A stretch of DNA of 64,000 bases, taken from the NCBI RefSeq assembly GCF_001194135.2, contig NC_068990.1, positions 80,971,080 through 81,035,079 of the forward strand, read 5' to 3'. This stretch comes from Octopus bimaculoides (lineage: Eukaryota). Within the stretch, counting starts at the first letter, position 1. Each line of letters begins with the position of its first letter. This document shows positions 40,086 to 54,943 of the stretch, one piece after another. A program made the position numbers and the translations under genes. The notes under the pieces were generated by a model. That model worked only from the letters and a program-made list of their open reading frames with translations. It did no database searches and had not been told where the DNA came from.

Positions 40086-41573
40086 TAGACGGTTGGATGC
40101 ATGCATTTCGTTGTATTTATACACCGCTTAGCTTTGTCATGCCGTATTTTAAATACGGTGAACTGCTGAATAACGCAACTATTCATTGAACGACGCCTAT
40201 CCCATTTCTTCTGCTGAAGAGGAGATAACCACTGCGAAATACACGAAGAATGTAAGAATGTAAAGCAATTGATGTGAGGAAAATTTAGGTACGAATTTAA
40301 TAATCTAAACAGCAAGATCGTTGTTGTTGTTGTTGTTGAGGTTCACTTCATTGACATGTTTGTTATTTTCATTGTATCATTATTAGCATCTCACTAGAAT
40401 AATAATGTTGTTGCTATTATCGTTATCATTTTAATTGTCGTTGTTTGTCATAAACGCCTGGTATCAAAACAACTTCCAATTGAAATGAATTCTAGATTAT
40501 TTCTCGTATAAACTTCTTGTAGCGTTTCTTTCAATCTACATTTCCGTGTTGTCTGTCATTTCTGAATAAAATCGAAATTTTACCACACCAGCCTTTCATC
40601 TTAGAAACTTCTTGTGATGTTAATACTTTTGATGTCTAAAGCATCTAATTTATAGATCAAAAGCTTAACAGAGTAACTCTCTGAAATTTAAATAATGTTA
40701 TTAGCTAAAATATATTCCTTTACACTTGACATAAAATCTGAAAATGCCAGTTGGATAATATAAAAGATTAATTGTCTCAGATTGGATTAGTAACGAAAAG
40801 ACTACTAATCCAATCTCAAATCTTGTTCCATATACTGAATGTGGAAAAAAACCGAGCGAGCAATGATTCAGGTATTTAAAATCTCGCGATAGTGAGTTCA
40901 ATTGGTTCTATTGACATTTTAATGGAATCAAATCGAGGAATTAGCTGCAATGATATATGTCTTTACAATTTTTTTATTCACTAATTTAACTCTACAACGT
41001 TTGAAATTACTGAAAGTGGAACAACAGAAAGAAAATTACGATACTAGACGACTAAGAAAATTACCATGTCTTCTAATTGTTCTTCGGGTATTGCATTGTG
41101 TCATTGGGCAATAAATATATAAAAGTGTGTTTCTGCAGGCATGACTGCCATAAAACAGAGTTCTCTATGTAATCTGGCGAATTGACTGAGTCTTTGAAGC
41201 ACAACGCCTACGTGCTTTGTGTTTATATATCGCTGACATCAGCTTTGCTTTTAAATTATTATATGGACGATAAATAAAATAGAAGTCCTATATAGGGTTA
41301 GATTCTTGTCTTCTTTCGTTCGGACAGTGTGAAGTATATCGTTGTCAGTCATATGTATCCTAATTTACTACATTTATGATTGTGCAAATGACAAGGGAGC
41401 GTCTGTAGAACCATGGCAGAACAAACACCACTAAGGGATTTTTTATTTGAAAATCCCGTTGTATCGATCTTTTGGTGTCGGGAACGATATTCAAATCATC
41501 TATTAATACACACACGCCAAAGTCCTGCTTATGATCCTAAACACAGATATACACAGATTCATACGTGTTTTTT

Positions 41574-41947
41574 TCTTTTATTCTTGGCCATGCTGGAGTA
41601 CCACCTTTAGTCGAGCAAATCGACCTCAGGACTTGTTGTTTGGAAGCCTAGTACTTATTCTATCGGTCCGTTTTGCCGAACCGCTAAGTTATGGGACGCA
41701 AACACACCACCATCGATTGTCAAGCGATGTTGGGGGGGGGGACAACACAGACACACACACATATATATATATATACATATATATACGACGGGCTTCTTTC
41801 AGTTTCCGTCTACCAAATCCACTCACACGGCTTTGGTCGGCCCGAGACTATAGTAGAAGACACTTGCCCAAGGCGTCACACAGTGGGGATGAACCCGAAA
41901 CCATGTGGTTGGTAAGCAAGCTACTTACCACACAGCCACTCCTGCGT
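41574..41947 (-). mobile_element. SINE family A, near full length
   Basis: Collinear with the other family-A copies. Head ..CTTACCACACAGCCACTCCTGCG. Confidence 0.9.
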
Positions 41948-42520
41948 GTGTATGAGTATTTAGAATATTGTTGTGGTTTGGGAGAGCCAGTTTTACCTTA
42001 GTGTAAACACGTGTTACATCTAGTTTCCCTTTATGGTTAATTGATTAATGTCAGTCATTTGTCACATATTTCAAAACTTTTATGTGGTAATTTACGTGGT
42101 GTTGCCTTTATGATGGCAGTATCATGTATACACGTGTATTTATGTTTTTGTTCTCTTTATATCGTCATACAACTTTGCTCCTCATTCTGTTCTTTATTGC
42201 TTAGTCTTCTATAAGCAGCAAAGACAATAGCTTCCGGGGTCATTCGTGGAATTCCCCAGGTATTGCCAGCTTCAATTTCTCTATGCCAGCGCGAGCAACC
42301 AAAAAATTCTGGTGTCCATCATTAGTCATGGGATTAGCAATGAGTTCCGGTGAAACATTACATAATATTTTACCGAAGATTGGTGTGATTAATCTAATTC
42401 AATCTAGTATGCATACACACAGACACACACACATATGTGTGTGCGTGTGTATATATATATATATTTGTATATACTGTATATATATATATATACATATATG
42501 TATGTATGTATATATGTGTG

Positions 42521-42551
<31 letters not shown>

Positions 42552-42592
42552 TTGTAAATATATACAAATGTATATAAATATATACGTATATA

Positions 42593-42630
<38 letters not shown>

Positions 42631-43696
42631 TATATATGCATTTATTTATATGTACGTATGAATTGTGTGTGTGTGTATGCGCGTAAATTTGGTTGTGTTT
42701 TAGGACTGTAAATGGAATTTAGCGAGCAGTGAGAGGGTAAAAATAGATACCACAATGTTGTAGAATTTCATTTCCTTTACCTGAAACAAATTTTTCGGAA
42801 TATAATAAACTTCCCATGAGTGTTGTCGTTCCTCATAGAAATATAATTGTCTTAATGCTACAATAATTTTGTTACTTAAAAAAATTTTTTTTTTCTTTCT
42901 TGCTATTCAATGTTTTTGCTCTGAAAGCTCTGTAATTTTGTTTGCTAATATGGCGGATTGTAATACTTTTGAGAACCATAAAAACAGGAAATATTCACAT
43001 TTTAAATACGGCTAGTCGTAAAAACAATAATAGAAAACAATGGTAAATGTGATGCAACAAAAATATATTATACATAAATTATATATATAATATGAGTAAG
43101 TAGAAGAAATAAAATCATGGAGAACGATAGCCGTGATGCTATGCTTTCTATGACGAAGTTTGCCCATGTTTTAAGAGTAGGGTAACATCAAGAAGTATAA
43201 ATTATGAAATATGATAGACCCCCAATAATATTGCAGCCATATCTCTTAAAATTCTTTCTTTGATCAAATTTTTTTTTTTATCGGTTTCATTGCAAGAAAG
43301 TTGTTATTAAATTATTTTTATTAAATTTCACCCATTATTGTTGAATTTCATCCTTCTCTTTGGTTTTACAGTTCTTTCAGAGAAAGAATGTGCTTTCTTT
43401 TATTTCTTTAATTTTTTTGATATTATCATAACACTGCTAAATCAAAAACGTATTGTTAGAGAGATGATTATATTGCCGTCTTAACCAACCACTTAGAGAA
43501 TGTCATTCACATCTTCGAGTATCTATAATCTCCAGACACACATTTGATGGAGCTCAAGATAGATCTGACAATATTTAAAGAAAATATGTTTCCTTTATGA
43601 TAAATATATCAATTGTCATTGCTGTTATTACATAACGTTTTCACGTAACTTCAGTTTTGTCAAGAGAAATGGTATCTATATATCGCTTTTACAGTA

Positions 43697-43934
43697 GAGG
43701 CGCAATGGCCCAGTGGTTAGGGCAGCGGACCCGCGGTCATAGGATCGCGGTTTCGATTCCCAGACCGGGCGTTGTGAGTGTTTATTGAGCGAAAACACCT
43801 AAATCTCCACGAGGCTCCGGCAGCGGATGGTGGCGAACTCTGCTGTACTCTTTCACCACAACTTTCTCTCACTCTTACTTCCTGTATCTGTTGTGCCTGT
43901 ATTTCAAAGGGTCAGCCTTGTTACAGTGTCACAC

Positions 43935-43939
<5 letters not shown>
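43697..43939 (+). mobile_element. SINE family D, near full length
   Basis: GAGGCGCAATGGCCCAGTGGTTAGGGCAGCGGAC..GGTTTCGATTCCCAG (A and B boxes). Its 3' module TGTATTTCAAAGGG.CAGCCTTGT is shared with family C. Confidence 0.9.
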
Positions 43940-43970
<31 letters not shown>

Positions 43971-46443
43971 GCCAAACGAAATTCTGAGGACAAATTACTT
44001 GATTGAATGTTGGATGAATATAGATCTACACTAAGATTTAAGCAACTGTTAAATGATATGTTACCTCATTGTAAATAGCAATTGTTTAATATGAACATAT
44101 ATGAGTATATGTGTACTTATATGTGGAGAGTAATCAAAGAAAAATACGTGTGATTTGTTAGTCTTTGTGTGTATACAATGATATATTCTTAAAGTGTGAG
44201 GTGTATAAGCACATGCATCAGACAACATAACAGAATAGTAATAATAATTATTAAAACATAGTTAAATACCTTTTAACATCATATGCTTGTCACAACCATT
44301 GACCTTTATCTGCCTTTTTAAATTGAAACCACGCAAGGTTAATATAGTCTTGTGTCTTCTTGTATAATAATATGTGCTACACTAGTTATCTACTTATCAA
44401 TTTATTGCTCTATATAATTAATATGTCATTTGAGGTTATCTCAGTAATCCTTTGATTAGCTGTGTGTATATACATACGCACTAACTTTCATAATACCTTT
44501 TGAAGCCTGATGGCAGGTGAACATACAACATTCAACGGCAGAATGACAAACTAGAAATAGGCTTTTCATTTTACAATTTCTAGTGTAATGCATCAATATT
44601 TCGATTTCAAATAACACTGGAAAATAATTTGCTCTTCATCAATGCTCTTGTTGAGCAGTTAAAAGAAATCAGTCATTATATGTAAACTTCTAGTTAATAA
44701 ATACTAGTAGGTATACAAAGAGAGTTGTCGGCGTTGTGTACCACAACGACTTTCTTAGCTAAACATTATGTATAATCTTTGATCAAGTCATTTGAAGTAT
44801 GTCTTTCAAGAACACTGTGCGACGAGTGAAGTAGAGACTGCTGAGGAGGCAATTGGAAGGTAAGGAATAAAAGGTGTAGCGAACAATTTTCGACAAATAA
44901 TGCCCAGTTAAGTGCCAACAAAGATTGACTTCATGTAATTTTCAAACAAGTTAATCATATGGGATTGTTTCGCAGCACATAAGAAACCTAGAAGCATGTC
45001 TGCGAAATCTTAGGATCTCCTTATAGTGGTTCAATGCATATTTATCCTGGAATACTATAAGATACTTTTCCTTTAAACACAACGAATATCTCACTGAATT
45101 CCAGCACCATACGTATTGGATCAATTCGAGCTTAAATCTAGATTAATATCAAAAAGTTGACGCTTAACTATGATTTTAAAGAACATTCTTTGGAAGACTG
45201 CAGAAGATTTTTCACAATGTCACCGGGTACATGTCGGTTCATATAACGGTTGACTATAAGGCCAACGTCCCAGTATGGACCTGCTTTTAAATAATGGAAT
45301 TCTATATGCAAATGGTGCGAAATATGTATGCTTAGGAGCATGCATATTTCTGCTGAGTCCTACACGCACATTAATCAAGGCACCTCCATTCTTTTCACCC
45401 AGCTGCATTTATCCAAGAACAGTGAAGATCTGCTGGCACGCAGGTTAATGTCGATCTCAGAGTCTCTATTGTGCACATACCGATTTATAAAGAAGACTAC
45501 ATGGCTTCTTATACACGGGTAAAAGTCCACGATATCAAATTGTGTGTACTTACAGATATATTTATCGCTAATGCGCTTTGACCAGTCTGTGACAGACTTA
45601 ATTTTATCCCATCGGGATTAATCTATAACTCTACTATTCTCTTATGCAGAACAGAAATTAAAATATTCTTGCTCATTATTCGTATCTCTGTTTTAGCTGG
45701 GTTAATTAGTCTATATTTAGGGTTTCTCCTAAAGTTGAGATGGAATATAGATTCTGTTAATTGAGACTTCCCTTAGTGTTTGAAATATTCAACAACTGAA
45801 TTCATCATTTAAATATGTTACAGTATTTCTTACTATGTCGATACTGCCCCACTAATCGATTGAATTTGGAGAATACTTGGCAATAACGCCGGCGAAAAGC
45901 TTCAGGCGTTCTTTAACTGCATTTATTTTGCATGAATTGGAAGACATTGAAAGTGATAGGTTTCAGATACGCACAAATCAATGTACAACACATACACACA
46001 CATACATACACACACACTCATATATATATATATATATATATATNNNNNNNNNNNNNNNNNNNNNNNNNNNNNNNNNNNNNNNNNNNNNNNNNNNNNNNNN
46101 NNNNNNNNNNNNNNNNNNNNNNNNNNNNNNNNNNNNNNNNNNNNNNNNNNNNNNNNNNNNNNNNNNNNNNNNNNNNNNNNNNNNNNNNNNNNNNNNNNNN
46201 NNNNNNNNNNNNNNNNNNNNNNNNNNNNNNNNNNNNNNNNNNNNNNNNNNNNNNNNNNNNNNNNNNNNNNNNNNNNNNNNNNNNNNNNNNNNNNNNNNNN
46301 NNNNNNNNNNNNNNNNNNNNNNNNNNNNNNNNNNNNNNNNNNNNNNNNNNNNNNNNNNNNNNNNNNNNNNNNNNNNNNNNNNNNNNNNNNNNNNNNNNNN
46401 NNNNNNNNNNNNNNNNNNNNNNNNNNNNNNNNNNNNNNNNNNN

Positions 46444-46489
<46 letters not shown>

Positions 46490-47019
46490 CAAACACACAC
46501 GTACACAGATACACGCATAGGTATATGTGTGTGTGTGTGCGTGCGTGATACACACACTGACAACTATAACTATATAAACATATGTGTGTGTCTCTGAGCG
46601 TGGAGTATGTGTCCGTATGAGTATATATGTGCGTTTATGAGCGTGAGCTTACGTTTATGCTTGTACATTGATTAAACGACTGATTGTCCCAAATTTAGCC
46701 GCGCTCAAATTCGATAAAAATGGCCAAAGGGAAAGTTATCTTATGCTAACAGTAATGCAATTCATCGCTCTTTCATCACAGAGGAGATTTTGAATAGTTA
46801 AGTGCAAAGACATTGTAACATTCACGAATTACACAGAAACCCCTCAGCTTGTCGCTGTGTGATGCATGTCATCATGGCACCAATTTCGTTTTAACTAATA
46901 TTTTATCACCATGAGATTGCTGTTGCTTAAGTATATGTACACACACGCACACACACAAATACACCCACACACACACACACGTACACATATCTATGTAATC
47001 CTATAGATTTCATCGTTTA

Positions 47020-47452
47020 TCTTTCATCTCGTTCACTCATTAAACTGTGGCCCATTTTGAATATCAACTTCAAGGGCTTAAAGTTGAACAAATCGACACC
47101 CGCATTTATTCCATCGATCACACTTGCTGAACTCCTAAGTTACGGAGAGGTAAGCTAAAGAACATCGGTTGTCAAGTGGTGGTGAGGAACAAATAAACTC
47201 ACACACACACACACACACGCACAGGGACGCACTCCCCCCACACACACACGCGCGCGCACACACGCACACACGCACACACGCACACACATAATACCTGTAG
47301 TTTCTGTCAATTTCCGCCTACCAAATTCCCTTACAAACTGTCGGAGTGACCGGAACTTGACAAAAAAACTTTTGCCCAAGATACCGTGAGACTGAACTAA
47401 AAGCAACATGCGTGGGAAGCAAGCTTTTGAATCGCATACCACGCCAAATTCT
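47020..47452 (-). mobile_element. SINE family A, old diverged copy
   Basis: GAACAAATCGAC, CTAAGTTACGG, CATCGGTTGTCAAG, TTGCCCAAG and CATGCGTGGGAAGCAAGC occur in family-A order. Confidence 0.75.
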
Positions 47453-48783
47453 GTATATATATGTACATGTATATATATATGTACATGTATATATATATGT
47501 ACATGTATATATATATGCACGCATGGATATAAATGTAATAATATATCCTCTAACTATTGGTAAATCAATTCACACATCTATGTTGATATAAATAGCAAGT
47601 ATATTTAATAGCACACAATCTTAAATTAGACCATAATTTAAATTAACATCTTAAGAAGGTAAAAGTGAAATATACACCGCTTTTAAAGACCATGCAAGTA
47701 ATTTCATCCCTTATCCTAAATGCAAATTATTCAACGCCGTTAGGGTATTCTAGGATGTTAGAAGAGTGATATCTTGAATTTTGTCCGCTTTCAGTTTTAA
47801 GGTATTTGGCTGTTGTATTTGACGATGAGTTTATTTGACCTATGTTTGATCCTACTAAGTATTAGCAAACACATTCAAAACAGCTACTATTGGGATGTCA
47901 TGAAAACCTGTCCATAGAAATATGCTAGCTCAGTAATAAGTTAGTTTAAATTATGTTTCCAAAGTTCCTTGCAGATTCACTTAAATTGATGTCAGATTTT
48001 TATCATTCTATTTTACGAAATATTTGCTTATCTGCCATCTAGAATTTGCTAAAGAATACATTATCATAAATGACTATTATAGATACGTCATTATACATTC
48101 TAGGAAAACTGTAAACTGTGACAAAAATTCTATTTTGGTTCAAAGAAACGTAATAAGCTCTACTGATTCGTTCGTTGTATATTATGGCATCCTTCATCAA
48201 CACTAAGACGTTTGGCATTTTGATTGATATCCTGGATATACCTAAGTATATGATAGCTAGTCCATCATTTTTATCCGAAATTAACTAAGCAGAAACCAAG
48301 AAATGTAACAAAAATCATAAAACGATTTTCCATTATATCTTTACTTAATCTCATTTCCAGGTAGAAGTCTTTTGAAGACCTCAAACAACATGGCAAAAAA
48401 ACTAACACTGAAAAGGGTAGGTGCTGAGGCACAATCGAAACTTATTTCAAATCACTTGGGATCGAAAGTGAAACAGATATGTTTCACTTGCTCCCGACAT
48501 TTGCCACAAAACCTCAGTCTTCGGTAAAAATATCTATTTTCATGATTTAATAGCCATCCATCTTTCTTCCACTTCCTTCCTAAATACAGGACGTGCTTTT
48601 ACCTGTATGTTCTCAAAGCTCGTTTTTCCAGCGTTCACCACTTCACATTGTCTTGGCTTAACAGCCCTCACCGTTTGTTTTTGCTGATTTCTTCTCACTG
48701 TCCTGTTTTGTTACCACTTTTACCCTCCGCAAAAATCCCAAATTTTATTTAATTTGCTTTGCGTGAAGGACTGNNNNNNNNNN

Positions 48784-48845
<62 letters not shown>

Positions 48846-48846
48846 G

Positions 48847-48886
<40 letters not shown>

Positions 48887-51800
48887 CGATTGATAGATAT
48901 TCATGTATATAATGACACCGAGATACGTATCACGAAACTTCGCAAGTGATCTCTTTAAGTAACTCTTTATTGTTTTTGGTAGATTCTGTTTCCTGTTGAA
49001 GTTCTCTACCAATACCACTATCGGAGTTCGGTGTTGGCCATCCTACATTAGGATGCAGAATTCTGAAACGTAATACAATTGATGGGGCCTGGTCTTTAGC
49101 AAGTTAATAATGTTTGACAAAGCTTATGCAAGATTAGTAGAAATGCGCAGAAGGGATTCACTAATCTTCTTATTGGTCATTGAGGCTTCAAAACTGTTGA
49201 AAAAGGAGATTTGGCCCTTCTGTTCAGCTTTTATAAAATATACTGAATCTAATGTAATGTTTCAGCATCTTGGTTAACATTCATTCCTGTTCTATGAAAA
49301 CTGTTATCAGCAGTTGCATTCAATGTATTACATTTCAAGAAAACATTTCAAGTCTGTGTTTTTCTCTAAAAAAATATAATGTTATTTAATTAAATCGTTC
49401 ACATTTATTCATTTATTTCTCTTCGCCTTTGCATATGCGCAACATATATATAAACACACACACGCACACGCACACACACACACATACACATACATGTACA
49501 TATATATATANNNNNNNNNNNNNNNNNNNNNNNNNNNNNNNNNNNNNNNNNNNNNNNNNNNNNNNNNNNNNNNNNNNNNNNNNNNNNNNNNNNNNNNNNN
49601 NNNNNNNNNNNNNNNNNNNNNNNNNNNNNNNNNNNNNNNNNNNNNNNNNNNNNNNNNNNNNNNNNNNNNNNNNNNNNNNNNNNNNNNNNNNNNNNNNNNN
49701 NNNNNNNNNNNNNNNNNNNNNNNNNNNNNNNNNNNNNNNNNNNNNNNNNNNNNNNNNNNNNNNNNNNNNNNNNNNNNNNNNNNNNNNNNNNNNNNNNNNN
49801 NNNNNNNNNNNNNNNNNNNNNNNNNNNNNNNNNNNNNNNNNNNNNNNNNNNNNNNNNNNNNNNNNNNNNNNNNNNNNNNNNNNNNNNNNNNNNNNNNNNN
49901 NNNNNNNNNNNNNNNNNNNNNNNNNNNNNNNNNNNNNNNNNNNNNNNNNNNNNNNNNNNNNNNNNNNNNNNNNNNNNNNNNNNNNNNNNNNNNNNNNNNN
50001 NNNNNNNNNNNNNNNNNNNNNNNNNNNNNNNNNNNNNNNNNNNNNNNNNNNNNNNNNNNNNNNNNNNNNNNNNNNNNNNNNNNNNNNNNNNNNNNNNNNN
50101 NNATATATATATATATAATATATATATGCATGTGTGTGTCTGTATGAACATTTAAGAAGGGGAGACAATAAATGTATTGTCATCTCTCAAACCTTTTCAT
50201 TCTATTCTACATTTATTTGTTCTTTTTTTTTCTGTTATACATCACCAGTTCTATTGTCAGTGGAAACAATGAAAACCAATAGCCACCGGCTCAACATTTC
50301 GATTTTCAGGATTCAGTAAATGGATTTAGTCCTAAACAAAGCACGAAACGGAATGAAAAAAAAGAGCATGATGAATGAAAACAATGCCGTAAATGTTGCA
50401 ATAGGATCCGATTTAGGTTGTTGTTCATCTGCTTTAATTTCCCCTAACAACCAACCACAGCTCTGACCATAATATATACAACAAAACAATTGCAAATAGA
50501 CTGAATTTTTCTTTCAAATGCTATACAGTTTGAAATGTAATATTTCTTTGAAGGCAATGGGTTATTAATAAGAACCTCACGAACGACATTACCGTATGGT
50601 AGAGCTGAGAACTTAGTTACACACTGATTTTCTAATATAAATAAGACCATGCGTGTATAAGTAGAATTAAAAAAAGGAAAGATAATAATTTGTCACCTCC
50701 CTCTCTCTCCATCTCCTCTCCCTCTCCCTCACTCCATCTCTTCTCCATCACTCTCTCACATTCTTTTCTACAGCCTTGTGTTGTGAGGTAAATGCTCTAC
50801 TTGTACTCAATATATTTGTATATATGTACACTTGTAAATACATAAACAAGCATTTGACTGGCTGCAGAAAATTTTTCAAATATTCCAAAATATTGTTCAA
50901 CGTTCTTTCACCATTGGCGAATGAACGAGTGGAGGAAATAGACATAAAAACTAAAGTACAACTATCCACTGCTAAGTTCTCTTTTTACCATACAAAGACA
51001 CAGAACACATACACACACACACACACCACCCACATACAAACATGTACAGACACACCAGACACATACACACACGCGTACGCACACTCACACACCTACACGT
51101 ATTTATACATTATATACATACATACACGCTTGCATACATATAAACAAACACACATACATACATACTTGCAGACATGTAAACAAATACAGTGAGAGAGAGA
51201 AAAAGGAAATGGAAGCTTAAGAAGAATTTTAAAAAATAATTTGGTGTGATATTCCATAAAATTGTAATGGCGGAAATGTATTCTCTAAGGACGCAATGTC
51301 ATTATATTACGCAGGAATCGGATAAATGTAGAAGTACAAGACATTATTGTGTTTTTTGTTTCATCCTGTGCTTACACTAAATGAATACCGTTTCGGTAGG
51401 CATCAGCACACTTCTGAAAATGGCCTCTATGAAGAGAAGTTCTTGCCAAGTTCGAAATCAGAGAGATCGCGCCTATCAATGAAGAGAGAAAATTAAGCCG
51501 AAAGTGCAAGTTTGATAGTCTGCAGCTGTCGTTTACAGCACGGTGTGTTTCGACATACAGATCTTACGGAGAGAATTTTTTTTTCTCTAAGACAGAATAC
51601 ACTAGAAATGACATTAATTTTTAGTTTGCAGGCAAGAACATCTTAAAAAGATATGCACACATCATCATCATCGTACATATTCACGCGCCCCACTATATAT
51701 ACATATGGTTATAACAGGCTAATCATTGAGCGGGTACATGTACAGTAGTAAGAAAGAATGCACGGTCAATCAATTGGTAACACTTTAGAGAATAGAATGT

Positions 51801-52200
51801 TTATATTTAAACACAATTGTGGAGTTGTTACAGCTGAATTGTTAGAACAAAGTTTATCATAGAAATAAGGGAGTGAGAAGGTGTGTACATAATTTTTACA
51901 GCTGTTCCGAGAAATTATACGCCTATGGTGTTTTTCTCAGCGAATGAAGATAAACTTTCCGTTTAGTAGCAGACTATGCTATCTTCAGAGGGGAAAATAT
52001 TGAGCTAGATCCTTTGAAGACGATTTTAGAAATTAAGTTCTAAATAACTCAGCATTTATGTTTAAATACATAAATTCCATGCTCTAAACTGATATCAATA
52101 GTTTGCTTTGTTCATTCTTTCTGCCTAATGCACATGCACATTCAAACACACAAATACACACATACACATAGAGATATGCATACATATACGTTCGGAGTTT

Positions 52201-52320
52201 TCGGAGTTCAAATCCAACAGGGGACGACTTTACCTTTAACCCTTCGGGGTCGATATAATAAGTAGCAGTTGGACATTGGAGTCGATGTAATCGACTTATC
52301 CCCTTCCCTTGAAATTGCTT
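52201..52320 (+). mobile_element. SINE family B, 3' part
   Basis: GAGTTCAAATCC..CGACTTTACCTTTAACCCTTCGGGGTCGAT..GTCGATGTAATCGAC. Confidence 0.75.
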
Positions 52321-54297
52321 AAACAATTTCAAAGGAGGGGAGAAAATAAGAAAATATTATTGAATTACAGGTTTGTTTATACTTAGCAGTACAATAGCAT
52401 TTCTGTCATACTTTGGTGAGTTAAAATCGTTGTGTATACTTGCGCAATCTGATGTTGGATGAAAAACTGTAGTAGATGTTTTTTTTATTTTGATCTTCGA
52501 GGGATTGTTTCATTTGATACAAGTGACCAATGGTGCAAATTCTTTTTAAAAAACACACACCTCAAATACCTCTTTTGTCCTATTACTCAGTCATTTTGTT
52601 TAATTAGTTATTTTATTTATCAGATATCACCGAGTTTCTCTATATGTTATGTTTTACTATCTTACCTTTTTGTACAGTAAGATGATTATAGCATGCTAGC
52701 AACCTCTAGTGATAATAGTTGCCATAGACAGCAGTGAAGAGTCTAATAATTCATTTCATATATTTTCTTCTGCGTTTGCTTGATTGATAATGTCATCTTG
52801 TCCTGGTGTTTTACCTACCTTCACAGTTTTATATGCTGCAATTTCTGAAACTCGTAATACCACTAGAGCTTCGGAGATGTCTTTTGTAAGGATGTTGTTG
52901 TTATCACTGGAATATAGCTTTGGGTAGATCACCATTATACTTCTGCGATCTTAATCTACATTCTGCTAGGGTTTCTTTCTCTTTTAAGGTTTTCATTTGC
53001 GTTTTTACCTTTGTTTTCTTTAGAGAAGATTCAGATTCTTTCCATTTTCGAATTTTTTTCAATGATACTCATATGTTTTCGTAAATACTCTGTTGTTTTC
53101 TATCTATCGTATGATGCAGTTCCATCATTTCTCTTTCGTTTTAAGCTCAATTTACATTAACACTTATTATTTTACTTTGCTGCTTCGAAAGATCGAGATT
53201 TTCCTGAGAGAGTTTATAATTGTTTTATGCTCGTATTTACTGCCAGTCAACAGATGCTTTAGTGGAGGTTTTACAGGGGTTTGGTTTAAAGTTGTAAACG
53301 TATGTCTTATGTGCAGGTAGTGTCAACGGTAGCTGTGACATTGGACATAGATACACATACACATAGATATATACACAAAAGTAAACACATAAAATTATAC
53401 AAGCACACGCATAACCATATGTGTGTATATTCGTTTGCATGAGATTGTGCAAGTGTTTGAGCGTGTTTGTGTGTATGAGTTAGACTCTGTGTGTGTGTGT
53501 GTGTGTGAGTGTGGAACAGCTAAGGACATGTATAACAATTAACGAAAACAACAACGAATGTATAATGTAAAGTCACTTCATTAGCCAATTTATTTTATCC
53601 AGGATTATTACGAATTTAACCCGGAAAAATACGGAGTCGTTCACCTGATATGTAACAAAACATATGACGTTTGACGGCTTATACACACACACACACGCAC
53701 ACACACACACACAAACAGACACTTACACGAGTCTGTGTATGTGTTGGTGTCTATAACTGCATATGCACACACGTGGGTATATTTGTGTATATGCAACCAT
53801 ATTTTATGCGTGCATGTTGCTGCATGTATATATATATATATATATATATATGCGCGCGCGCGCGTGTGTATATATTTGTATGTATATATATGTATGTATN
53901 NNNNNNNNNNNNNNNNNNNNNNNNNNNNNNNNNNNNNNNNNNNNNNNNNNNNNNNNNNNNNNNNNNNNNNNNNNNNNNNNNNNNNNNNNNNNNNNNNNNN
54001 NNNNNNNNNNNNNNNNNNNNNNNNNNNNNNNNNNNNNNNNNNNNNNNNNNNNNNNNNNNNNNNNNNNNNNNNNNNNNNNNNNNNNNNNNNNNNNNNNNNN
54101 NNNNNNNNNNNNNNNNNNNNNNNNNNNNNNNNNNNNNNNNNNNNNNNNNNNNNNNNNNNNNNNNNNNNNNNNNNNNNNNNNNNNNNNNNNNNNNNNNNNN
54201 NNNNNNNNNNNNNNNNNNNNNNNNNNNNNNNNNNNNNNNNNNNNNNNNNNNNNNNNNNNNNNNNNNNNNNNNNNNNNNNNNNNNNNNNNNNNNNNNN

Positions 54298-54333
<36 letters not shown>

Positions 54334-54552
54334 GTATATGCATACACAGACACGTATAGTAAGCAGATAGATGCAAAACAAGGTAGAAAAAAATTATACT
54401 CGACTACCATCCCATAAGTAGAATAATTTAATATTTATCACAGTTGAAGAAATCTTCACAGACTGTTACTCGAAGATACACGTTGCCGTTCGTGAGATAA
54501 TTGTGATAGTACTGAATAATATATTATATAAGTGTATTATAATATAATATAC

Positions 54553-54718
54553 TTTCCTACTTTAGGCACAAGGCCCGAACCTTTGGGGGAGGGGACCAGT
54601 CGAGTAGATCGTCTCCAGTACGCAACTCGTACTTAATTTATCGACCCCGAAAGAATGAAATGCACAGTCAATTTCGGTGAAATTTGAACTCAGAACATAA
54701 AGACAGACGAAATACCAC
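54553..54718 (-). mobile_element. SINE family B, 5'-truncated
   Basis: TAGGCACAAGGCCCGAA..GTACTTAATTTATCGACCCCGAAAGAATGAAA..ATTTGAACTCAGAAC..GACGAAATACC. Confidence 0.85.
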
Positions 54719-54943
54719 TGTGTGTGTGCGCGCGCGCCTGTATATGTGTATTTGTATGCGTCTGTGTGTGTATGTGTATGTATATGTGTGTATGTGTGTG
54801 TATATGTGTGTATGTGTGCGTTTGTGTGTGAGAGTGTAAATTCATATTTTTTTCGTTTATTGAAAAACGTGTTTGACGATACAAGGAAAATAGAAAGAAA
54901 ATACAGAAAGAAAAAGGAAAGTCGGTGTGATTGATAATTGTTG

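Noticed and set aside
43697-43770. tRNA-Arg-like sequence (also 25506, 59505-59580, 55129-55196)
   Set aside because: These continue into repeated SINE bodies and have imperfect acceptor and anticodon stems, so they are SINE heads, not tRNA genes.
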